A DNA stretch of 64,000 nucleotides from an uncultured virus (IMG/VR IMGVR_UViG_2731957961_000002) (lineage: Duplodnaviria > Heunggongvirae > Uroviricota > Caudoviricetes): the IMG/VR virus record IMGVR_UViG_2731957961_000002, one strand, 5' to 3'. The notes under the pieces were generated by a model. That model did not search any database, had not been told where the DNA came from, and worked only from the letters and a program-made list of their open reading frames with translations. Positions within the stretch are counted from its first letter, which is position 1. The number at the start of each line of letters is the position of its first letter. The translations under genes and the position numbers were made by a program. Shown one piece after another: positions 56,567 through 64,000 of the stretch.

Positions 56567-57130
56567 TTACGGCGTAACGGCCATCCTGGCTGGTGCACCC
56601 ATGGCTTCCATTAGGTCGGTCAGCGAATGCTGCTGCTCTTGTTTCACGTTGCAGGCGTTCGAATTCAGTTCGTGCCATTGATCGTCCGGCGCCATCTGCG
56701 GCGGAATGATCGTGATCGCTTCGAGTGCGGTGCCGTAGCGCACCAGCCCGACGATGCCCTCGTCGCTACGCCGCGACAGGTAGGCACGCAGATGCGGGTC
56801 GCGGTGGGCATCGGGATGCTTCGGGTCGCACCAGATTTGTACGACCTGAATGTGCTGCTGGTAGCCGTCGCCGTCGTTTTGCAGCGTGATGTAATCCGGC
56901 ATGAGGTCGATGACATAATGCGAGCGATCCGGCCGCGAGAGATCCGCTGCGTCGTCGTTGACGAGCCAGCGGCAATTCCAGATCGCGCATTCGGGCGGCA
57001 TGCCAGCGCGGTGATACAAAGCGCAGCCCTTGCCGAACTTCTGATGTCGGCAGCGCTCGCCAGCCTTCTTCCGCAGCGGCGGCACCGGCAGCAGCTTGCA
57101 GCAAAGCTGGCAATCACCGCATTGCCTCAC
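56567..57130 (-). CDS. YkgJ-like Cys-cluster protein
   Basis: CGDCQLCCK..C.H..GCALY..ECAIWNCRW. Confidence 0.75.
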   Translation of the reverse strand: MRQCGDCQLCCKLLPVPPLRKKAGERCRHQKFGKGCALYHRAGMPPECAIWNCRWLVNDDAADLSRPDRSHYVIDLMPDYITLQNDGDGYQQHIQVVQIWCDPKHPDAHRDPHLRAYLSRRSDEGIVGLVRYGTALEAITIIPPQMAPDDQWHELNSNACNVKQEQQHSLTDLMEAMGAPARMAVTP

Positions 57131-57486
57131 CGGAAGTATCCCTCAATCGACTCCATGATTTTCACTCGCTCGGCTTTCGGCATTGCCAGTCGCGCCTCAA
57201 CTTCCTCGATCTCGACCTTGCGTTTGCCCCAAGCGGCAAACGTCTTGGGCGTGCACGAGCCATCCTTCACGCCAATAAATGGGATATACTCCACGGTCTC
57301 GGGATCGATGTCGCGCCAGCTAACTGACCAGTCGTGGGCGACAAGCACTTCCCGGATGCGAGCCCATTTTCCGCCGATGTAGTAGCAGCCAGTTTTGATA
57401 TCGGATCGTCTCAATTGTTCGTTCCTTGTCTCATCATGCACACGTTGACCGTCAGCGTCGCACCAATGTTCGCGCCAGGGCGACAA
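57127..57486 (-). CDS. Hypothetical protein
   Basis: Coupled ORF in leftward operon. Confidence 0.45.
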   Translation of the reverse strand: MSPWREHWCDADGQRVHDETRNEQLRRSDIKTGCYYIGGKWARIREVLVAHDWSVSWRDIDPETVEYIPFIGVKDGSCTPKTFAAWGKRKVEIEEVEARLAMPKAERVKIMESIEGYFR

Positions 57487-57922
57487 TGCCGCGAATATGT
57501 TCCGATGGAAGTCGCATCATGGCCTCCACGACATCGAGTCCATCCTTGGTTGCGAGGAAGGCAGTGATCTTCGATGGCTGTCGCGATTTGCCACTGCCAA
57601 TGTCATCAATGAAGTGGGACATATCGGTATCCAGCAGATGAGCGATCTGCTGTAACCGCGAAGCACCAACGCGATTGACACCCTTCTCGTACTTCTGGAC
57701 CTGCTGGAAGCTCACGCCGAGCTTGTCACCAAGCTCAGCTTGACTCATCTTCATTTCCATTCGACGCGCCCGAATACGCTGGCCTAGCGTGGTGTCGACT
57801 GGTGTCGTGCCGCGCTGATGTCGTAACGTCGGTTTCTTTTTTGCGGCGTTGCCCATGGTTCTCTTCCCGCTTGCTCTTGCGTGGCTTGTGGTGGCCGTTC
57901 GTTTTGCATTCTTCCCCGTCAT
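57452..57922 (-). CDS. XRE-family HTH regulator
   Basis: GQRIRARR..SQAELGDKLGVSFQQVQKYEKGVNRVGASRL. Confidence 0.9.
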   Translation of the reverse strand: MTGKNAKRTATTSHARASGKRTMGNAAKKKPTLRHQRGTTPVDTTLGQRIRARRMEMKMSQAELGDKLGVSFQQVQKYEKGVNRVGASRLQQIAHLLDTDMSHFIDDIGSGKSRQPSKITAFLATKDGLDVVEAMMRLPSEHIRGIVALARTLVRR

Positions 57923-58638
57923 GGGGCTGCGATCCGGTGGCGATGACCGTTGGTGCCTTTTGCTTTTTTCACCACCTTTGCCTTGTGCGCCGCGCGACCG
58001 CGCGGCTTCTTTGGGCGAGGCTCGACCGCGTTTAGTTTCGCCTGCCCTTGGTAGACGGTCAGTTCGCCTAGCCGCGCAAGGTAGTCCAGCTTCAGCTTGA
58101 TCTGCTTGGGCGATAGCCCGGTGTCGCGCGCCAGCGCCGACAACGAAACCCATCGATCAAGGGACAGGTACTCCTTGATCTTCACGCTGCGGGAGCTGGG
58201 CGGCTCCGGCTTTGGCGGTGGCGGGACGACCTGCGCCGCGACCGTGTCGCGCAATGAGCCGACCACCTTGGCGACCCGCGTCATCAATGCCGTGAGGTCC
58301 GCCACTTCGCCACGCAGGGCGGACACCTGATCGGGGAGCGGCACCACCTCTTGCGGCAGGTTCAGCGCCTTGGCCAATTCGGGGTGCTTCTTTGGCTTCG
58401 TCTCCTGCTTCAGCGCCACGTTGTCGGCGCGTAACAGTCTGCGCACTTCGGCCCGCAGATTCATCCGAGCGCGCCAGTCGCTGCCTGTCTTGGAGGTGAT
58501 GACGCGCCTGAGTTCTTTCTCGGGGACGACGCGCCAAGCGATTTCGATGTGCCCGCCGTTGGTGTGGGTGATTTGCGGCTTTATGCCGTGCTGCTTCAGT
58601 TCAGCTGTCGCGATTTCAGTTAGCTCTGAATGATGCAT
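57919..58638 (-). CDS. Hypothetical protein with C-terminal HTH-like segment
   Basis: NGGHIEI..KTGSDWRA; LSALARDTGLS. Confidence 0.65.
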   Translation of the reverse strand: MHHSELTEIATAELKQHGIKPQITHTNGGHIEIAWRVVPEKELRRVITSKTGSDWRARMNLRAEVRRLLRADNVALKQETKPKKHPELAKALNLPQEVVPLPDQVSALRGEVADLTALMTRVAKVVGSLRDTVAAQVVPPPPKPEPPSSRSVKIKEYLSLDRWVSLSALARDTGLSPKQIKLKLDYLARLGELTVYQGQAKLNAVEPRPKKPRGRAAHKAKVVKKAKGTNGHRHRIAAP

Positions 58639-58774
58639 TGTCCCGCTTTTTCCCTAATTGAACTTGCGGACCATCGGGCCATCGCCGTCGCATGTCCTTC
58701 TTGTTTACTCCCGGTGGTTGCGTTGACCGCAGGTAGTGCAAGCTAATTAACGCGCCGACGGTTGTACAGTGGCT

Positions 58775-58805
58775 TGCAAAAATTTTTGGGAACAAAAGTT
58801 TTTGG
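58775..58805. promoter_or_regulatory. Two operator-like sites upstream of the right-arm leftward operon
   Basis: GCAAAAATTTTTGG 58776-58789 and ACAAAAGTTTTTGG 58792-58805. Confidence 0.55.
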
Positions 58806-59104
58806 GAATCCAATTTGGTGCGCGATGCGCTGTTATTACGCAGTCAAGTGCCCCAAGTGGCAATAGACGAATGGTGTATCGGGATTTTGTGGCATCGGCC
58901 ATCTTTGTTGCCGAATGCTCGGTGGATCGACTGAGGCACTATCGTGGCAAACTGCCGAATTGCGACGGTTCAACCAAGAGAAGCGCGGCGCGATGCAATG
59001 CGCTCAGAGAATTCCAGCGCTGCAATTTTTGTCTGATTGTTTGTGCGTCTTTTTCCCGATACAGGCGCTAGCAGAATGGAATCGATGATGCGTAAGTTCC
59101 CGAC

Positions 59105-60067
59105 GTGCCTGTTACCGTAAAACGCGCCACAGTTTCTGATTTCGAAGTGCTACGTGATGCGGTGCAGGATTCGCCCGTGAACATCATGCAGCTTGATCGT
59201 GGCAAGATGGGCGGAAGCTTGCTGCACCTGGCGTTTGACTCGGAGGTCGGGGTCTCGACTGGTGAGTTCACGCGTGGCATTCGCACCACCGGCAGCTTGA
59301 GCGATCATCGATGGGGAATCGGCACGGTGCTCACCGCGCCGGCATTGATGAATCAGGTCGAGATCTCGCCGGGCGAAATCATGATCATCCGGCCCAACAC
59401 AGAACTCTATACGCGCTTTTCCGGTGCCAATGGTTATGCGACGGTCTTCATCACGCCGGAGGAGCTGCGTGCGTATCCCGGCGCAGAAGAGGCGGTGGTG
59501 TTGCGACAGTCCAGCGCCGTGCTGCCCGCCGATCCTGTGATCGCTGCCCACAGAGTCCAGACGTTCCAGTGGTTGTTGGCGCAAATCAGCGCGGAAAGCC
59601 AGACGATGTCTGCCGGCGCTGCAGACTTTTTCAGGAGCGCCCTTCTGGATCTGATGATCCGGCCGGTGTTCGAGCGTGTCGACTATCGAAAGCCGAGAAT
59701 GCAGCAATCAACAGCGATGCTGGTGCGAGCAGTTGAACAATACCTCAATGATGTTAGCGACCGGCCCGTTCACAACTCCGAGCTGGCCAACAGGTTCGGC
59801 ATGGATCTGCGAAGCCTGCAGCGCGCCTTCAAGGACGAGATGGGCATGGGCCTGATCGCGTATCAGCGGCAGAAGCGGTTACATGACGTGCATACGAGGC
59901 TACGGTTTGGCGACGGTCTGGCGCTCAGCGAAATGGACACCGACCTGCTCATCAAGGACATCGCAAAGGAGCACGGCTTTATCCATTACCCCAGGTTCAC
60001 GCACCAGTATCAGCAGCTGTTCAGCGAGAAGCCGTCTCACACCATGCGGCGTGGTCGACGGTCCTAA
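59105..60067 (+). CDS. AraC-family regulator (EutR-like)
   Basis: ELANRFGMDLRSLQRAFK..GMG..RL..IA.EHGF.H..RF..QY.QLF.EKPS. Confidence 0.9.
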   Translation: MPVTVKRATVSDFEVLRDAVQDSPVNIMQLDRGKMGGSLLHLAFDSEVGVSTGEFTRGIRTTGSLSDHRWGIGTVLTAPALMNQVEISPGEIMIIRPNTELYTRFSGANGYATVFITPEELRAYPGAEEAVVLRQSSAVLPADPVIAAHRVQTFQWLLAQISAESQTMSAGAADFFRSALLDLMIRPVFERVDYRKPRMQQSTAMLVRAVEQYLNDVSDRPVHNSELANRFGMDLRSLQRAFKDEMGMGLIAYQRQKRLHDVHTRLRFGDGLALSEMDTDLLIKDIAKEHGFIHYPRFTHQYQQLFSEKPSHTMRRGRRS

Positions 60068-60183
60068 TGCTTGATGGTCGGGGTCGGCAGCAGACCAACC
60101 ATGCCACCTTCGAACGCACCGCCGGCCGAATGCAACATTCTGTCTACATTCCTGATAAATCTCGTTTCACGGATAGCCTTTGT

Positions 60184-60960
60184 TCAGAATGGAAGGATGT
60201 CGGGCGGGAACCCCTCATAACTCCAATCGAAGCCAAAAAAATTGCGTGGCAGTAATTCGATCAGGGCACGAGCCCCGTGTTTGGCAATCTCAAGGTTCAG
60301 AATATGGATCACGTCGACGCCGGCTCTCCGTAACAGACGGTCGCGACGAATGTCTCTCGCGTAGCCCGCGGGCTCAGCACCGTCGATTTCAACAGCAATC
60401 AATTGCTCTCCGTTCCAAAAGCCGTAATCGACACGAAAATTATTGTCTGGTTGGTAGGACTTCGTTTCTGCCAAAGGATCTTGAACATACAGTTGCAGTT
60501 CGGGGATGGGCAGTAGCGCGCGCCAAATGTCATTCTTTTTGGGCCGCGGGTGAAGCCAATCAAAGGGGATTTCGAGGTCCCTGGTGACATGGAAGGATCC
60601 GTCCTCATCGCTGGCATACGATGATAACGCTTTCAGCGTTGCAAAATACAAATCCAAGAACTGCTCTTCCGATGTCGTCATGTTCGGGTTCAGAGATTTG
60701 AGAACACTGCACATGTGACCGAGCATTGTCTGGTCATTGTCGTCGTATTTGGCGGTGTTCGGCCATTCTCGGACATGCATATCGAAGTCTCCAAGGCAAA
60801 TCGGCCGGCGTTTTGCCTTGTTAATGAAAATAACTGGTACGTCGGTCGAAAAATAAAGACCGTCCGCGGAGACTGCCGACAGTGCAATCCTTTGCAGATC
60901 GCTCTTCACCGCCCGCCCGTAAGGCAGAATCAAATAGTCTGGCACATGCAAGATCGACAT
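60184..60960 (-). CDS. DUF559/Vsr-like endonuclease domain protein
   Basis: FRVDY..IAVEIDG..DIRRDRLLRRAGVDVIHI; lower GC. Confidence 0.7.
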   Translation of the reverse strand: MSILHVPDYLILPYGRAVKSDLQRIALSAVSADGLYFSTDVPVIFINKAKRRPICLGDFDMHVREWPNTAKYDDNDQTMLGHMCSVLKSLNPNMTTSEEQFLDLYFATLKALSSYASDEDGSFHVTRDLEIPFDWLHPRPKKNDIWRALLPIPELQLYVQDPLAETKSYQPDNNFRVDYGFWNGEQLIAVEIDGAEPAGYARDIRRDRLLRRAGVDVIHILNLEIAKHGARALIELLPRNFFGFDWSYEGFPPDILPF

Positions 60961-61054
60961 TGCTGCTCTTTCATACGAATCGGGAGCCTGCACGGTGACA
61001 CAGTTCAGTGTCCACCGCATCAGAGGTGCAGAACGGGCGCGTTATATGCGGTCG

Positions 61055-61360
61055 CTATTTTGGGAGTGTCATGGCAACTGCACGAACGAGTGGCACCACA
61101 TTCATGGCCACGTCCTTCGGATAGCCAGCTTTCATAAGGAGGACGGGGATCATTGAGACGACGTGTAAGCCTTGCCCTTGGTATCTTGCGTTGCTCATGA
61201 AGATCGCATGGATTCTAGTCGGATCGGGCGCTGGCGACGTTGTTAAATACTCGCAGATCTCTGCCGCACACTTTCTATTATGAGGGTCGGAGTTTCGTCG
61301 GCCATTAATGATCAAGTATGCGACAACAACTACTACGACGAGACCAATTGTTATTTCCAT
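61055..61360 (-). CDS. Hypothetical protein with N-terminal TM helix
   Basis: ITIGLVVVVVVAYLII; lower GC. Confidence 0.65.
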   Translation of the reverse strand: MEITIGLVVVVVVAYLIINGRRNSDPHNRKCAAEICEYLTTSPAPDPTRIHAIFMSNARYQGQGLHVVSMIPVLLMKAGYPKDVAMNVVPLVRAVAMTLPK

Positions 61361-61558
61361 TTCCTTCCCCCAAAAAATTGCCCCTCACACCATTAGCATC
61401 TACGGTCAGAATGGCCCACAGACACGCGCGGACCCCGTGGAAGGGGGCTGGATGGAGAGTTTTCTTCGCGCCATCAAATGGTTACATACTCCAACAAATT
61501 GCCGAGCGTCGTTCGGCGCCTTGGCCGCAGTTACTCGACGAAGTTGATCTGGCTCATG

Positions 61559-62119
61559 TCAGGCCGTCGCGGTCGCCCGGTCGGCAAGCCGGGAAATGGT
61601 GGAATGAGCTACATTGTAGGAGCGGGCGATCACGCGGGTCGCTTCGCCCGCCGCCAGTCGCGCCAATGCTTCGCGCTGCTGATGGGCCGACAGTTTCGAG
61701 CTGCGACCGAGATGCCGGCCTTCGGCCTTGGCCCGCGCCCGGCCGTCGCTGGTACGCTGCAAAATCAGCGACCGCTCAAATTCGGCGATGCCGGCGAGCA
61801 CCGTCATCATCAGCCGGCCGTGCGGCGTCGTGGTATCGGCCCAGCTGTCGCCCAGCGACTTGAAGCCGGCTTCGGCCTTGCCGATCTGGTCGACGATCCG
61901 CAGCAGGTCCAGAGTGCTTCTAGCCAGACGGTCCAGTTTGGCCACCACGACGACGTCGCCGGGCCGCAGCTTGGCCAGCAGTCGCTCCAGCTCACGGCGC
62001 TGCTTCACGCCGGAAACCTTCTCGCTGTAAAGCTTGTCGACGCCGAAGGCGTTCAGCGCCTGCTCCTGCGTGGCCAGCGTCTGGCCCGTGGTGGAAACGC
62101 GCGCATATCCATAGATCAT
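61559..62119 (-). CDS. Serine recombinase (resolvase/invertase family)
   Basis: YGYARVST, KLDRLARS, AEFERSLI..GR..A, C-terminal HTH. Confidence 0.95.
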   Translation of the reverse strand: MIYGYARVSTTGQTLATQEQALNAFGVDKLYSEKVSGVKQRRELERLLAKLRPGDVVVVAKLDRLARSTLDLLRIVDQIGKAEAGFKSLGDSWADTTTPHGRLMMTVLAGIAEFERSLILQRTSDGRARAKAEGRHLGRSSKLSAHQQREALARLAAGEATRVIARSYNVAHSTISRLADRATATA

Positions 62120-62176
62120 TGAAGTCTCTCGGGGTTGTTGGTCGGCAGTATGTAATACGTACTGCAGCTCAGTTCG

Positions 62177-62413
62177 TCAACCCCGGATTTGCTCGCCGTC
62201 CTGAAAAATAAACAGGATCTCCGTCGCGGTGTGCACGGTGAAGCGGCTTTCGTCATTGAACGAGCGCATTTGCGCCCATTCCTCAGCGTGGTTCTTCTTG
62301 GCGAATGCCGCCGCAATGCGGTGATCGCGGCGGACGATGAACGGCAGGTTGGCGACGACGTCATCCACCGGAACCAGCTCGGTGGATTCCTTCGTGATGA
62401 TGTTGAGGGGCAC
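62177..62413 (-). CDS. Hypothetical protein
   Basis: AGGAG RBS; operon context. Confidence 0.55.
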   Translation of the reverse strand: MPLNIITKESTELVPVDDVVANLPFIVRRDHRIAAAFAKKNHAEEWAQMRSFNDESRFTVHTATEILFIFQDGEQIRG

Positions 62414-62414
62414 G

Positions 62415-62699
62415 TTATCTCCTAATCAGCAGCGCGTTGATGATCCTCGCAATTACAAACATCGTGCGCGGGAAGCGCTGGCCCAGCCAGAACAGGCCGA
62501 CGAAGACCGCCACCAGGGTGCTGATGATGATGAACGGCCACTTCAGCCAGTACCAGATCAACGCCGTGACGATCAGGAACGCGCAGGTGTGCCAGCTTTT
62601 CAGGCCCGAGGGCGCGATGACCGCGGTGGCGGCCGGCGCCGCCCTCCGTGGCTTGCTGGCGCGGGGCTTATCGGCCGGCATGGGGACGAGCCGAGACAT
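62415..62699 (-). CDS. Hypothetical membrane protein
   Basis: Two to three hydrophobic segments with basic C-terminus. Confidence 0.65.
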   Translation of the reverse strand: MSRLVPMPADKPRASKPRRAAPAATAVIAPSGLKSWHTCAFLIVTALIWYWLKWPFIIISTLVAVFVGLFWLGQRFPRTMFVIARIINALLIRR

Positions 62700-62701
62700 C
62701 G

Positions 62702-63001
62702 TTATGCCGTGGCGATCTTCGGACCGGGCTGGATCTTGGCCTGGATCTCCTTGCCGTTCTCCTCGCGGGCCAATGCCAGCTCGTAGGCATTCTTCATATT
62801 GAGCCAGTGTTCGGGCGTTGTTCGGAAATAGCGCGCCAGACGCAGTGCGGTGTCGGCGGTGATTGACCTGGAGCCATTGATGATCGAGCTGATGCGGTTC
62901 GGTGGGACGTCCAGTGCGCGCGCCAGAGCGTTGGCGGATAGCCCCAACGGCTTCATATACTCCTTGGCCAGGATCTCGCCGGGGTGGCTATTGTTCGACA
63001 C
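62702..63001 (-). CDS. higA: HigA/VapI-family antitoxin-like regulator (orphan)
   Basis: HPGEIL..LA.AL.VP.NRIS.I..G.RSITADTALRLARYF.TTPE.WLN. Confidence 0.9.
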   Translation of the reverse strand: MSNNSHPGEILAKEYMKPLGLSANALARALDVPPNRISSIINGSRSITADTALRLARYFRTTPEHWLNMKNAYELALAREENGKEIQAKIQPGPKIATA

Positions 63002-63034
63002 GATTGATTCTCCGATTGAAATGCAGTGCCGCTT

Positions 63035-63064
63035 TTAATACTTCATACGTACTACGTAAGTCAA
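63035..63064 (-). promoter_or_regulatory. higA promoter with palindromic operator
   Basis: Minus strand TTGACT-N18-TATTAA enclosing TACG-TAGTA-CGTA. Confidence 0.65.
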
Positions 63065-63343
63065 GGTAAACACATAACGAATCCGCCATGCCACAATGTC
63101 TGGACATGAAAATCATTTCGATGATCGCCCATGAGGCCATCTTGACTAGGAGCATGCCGGCCTTGTTGCTTGGGATCTTGGATTCTTGGAGGGGCAGCAA
63201 ATGGAGTCGTTCAAGAAGATACTGATGGCTATCGCGCTGTCAGGGCCGAACGTGGGCTTTGGTTACTTTGTCGAGTGGTCCCACATGCCGGGCGTGCCGG
63301 TATTCGTCTCGGACTGGAAAGTTCAACGTGCGAACTGACGGCC

Positions 63344-63556
63344 CTAATGCTGCTTCGCACTTGGCGATGGGATCGGCCGGTCGCCGAGCTTGTAGAAGGT
63401 TTGGCTTGGCGGTTGCCACGTATCGGGATCTAGGACGTGACTCAAGGCTTGCACCGCACCGAACAGCGCGAAGCGATCTTCATCCTTGAGCCTGTCATCG
63501 GCGATCATGGCTTTGATTTCGCTGAGTTCGGTGATGATGGCGTCGCGGTCGATCAT
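63344..63556 (-). CDS. Hypothetical protein
   Basis: 70-aa ORF; ALFGAVQALSHVLDP. Confidence 0.55.
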   Translation of the reverse strand: MIDRDAIITELSEIKAMIADDRLKDEDRFALFGAVQALSHVLDPDTWQPPSQTFYKLGDRPIPSPSAKQH

Positions 63557-63585
63557 TGGCTTACCAATCGCAATGTGAGTACGGC

Positions 63586-63930
63586 TTAGAGCAAGCGCAA
63601 CGTTAGCTGCCGATCAGATCCGGCATGGCGGTCGATGAAGTCTTCCAGCACGGCTGGGACCAGCCGATCCTCCAGGCTGAGCCGGCGCAACACTTCTTGG
63701 GCGACCGAGTGGGAAGCGTCTTCCGAGCGACCGGTCTCGGGGTTGAACATGATGACGCGCACGGGATCTGAGTGTTGGCCGCTCAAGAGGTCGCTGACGG
63801 TCGTCTCGTAATTGGCGTGGTCGAGATCGGTTTCAACGAAGGCCTGCCCGAGAGCGCCAAAGTCATTGATGACGATATAGTAATCTTCTGGGGCACCTGG
63901 AATGATCGACGGCATCTCACGCATACGCAA
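63586..63930 (-). CDS. Conserved hypothetical prophage protein (start uncertain)
   Basis: YIVINDFG.LG.AFVETD..DLLSGQ..PVRV..FN..GRSEDAS. Confidence 0.75.
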   Translation of the reverse strand: MRMREMPSIIPGAPEDYYIVINDFGALGQAFVETDLDHANYETTVSDLLSGQHSDPVRVIMFNPETGRSEDASHSVAQEVLRRLSLEDRLVPAVLEDFIDRHAGSDRQLTLRLL

Positions 63931-64000
63931 CTCCCGCCACGGACCCAGAAGCCTATTCCGGATCCAAACTATTTTGGACTCGCATTTTTTGCATGACGGC

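Larger units (their letters stand above)
1..64000. mobile_element. Temperate contractile-tailed phage/prophage with Milano/7-7-1-like structural module; ends not defined
   Basis: Integrase, CI/Cro, replication, terminase, head, sheath, baseplate and lysin genes in canonical order; no host housekeeping genes seen. Confidence 0.95.

Noticed and set aside
61020..61055. GTTATATGC as an integron attC core
   Set aside because: Does not fit RYYYAAC/GTTRRRY pairing and no integron integrase is present
62988..63200. ORF upstream of higA as HigB toxin
   Set aside because: No RelE/HigB-like motifs, and it overlaps the higA promoter
1..64000. att sites, tRNA or rRNA genes
   Set aside because: None recognised; the integrase stop is at the window edge, so att probably lies outside

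Overview
The window is an apparently near-complete temperate phage or prophage of an alphaproteobacterium. Hyphomicrobiales (Bradyrhizobium-like) is the likely host group, inferred from a GcrA homolog, the small-protein families and sigma-EcfG-type promoters. Layout: tyrosine integrase, excisionase and a leftward early operon (1-5.6 kb); a divergent CI/Cro switch (6.1-6.9 kb); a rightward early and replication operon with GcrA, VRR-NUC, Sak4-like ATPase, SSB-like protein, Cas4-like exonuclease and primase-helicase, followed by an iteron-like region (7-17.5 kb); an accessory region with a low-GC cassette block, ArdC and a secreted nuclease pair (17.5-25.5 kb); PBSX-type terminase, HK97-type head and a Mu-like contractile tail whose outer proteins are very cysteine-rich, resembling the disulfide-crosslinked Agrobacterium phages Milano and 7-7-1 (26-51.8 kb); a GH25 endolysin with a 1-bp frameshift (52.5-53.3 kb); and a right accessory arm with CsbD, XRE and AraC regulators, a DUF559-like nuclease, a serine recombinase and an orphan HigA (53.5-64 kb). 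The most notable signals are two unannotated CxxxC capsid-linker-like peptides, two separate dispersed operator motifs (CCAAAA-N2/3-TTTTGG and KAYRKAMTACGTA), a repeat-punctuated cassette array inside a GAAACCC repeat tract, and a shared N-terminal DFN motif on three replication proteins. No tRNA, rRNA, CRISPR array, reverse transcriptase or att site was recognised. All family assignments come from recognising motifs by eye; no searches were run.
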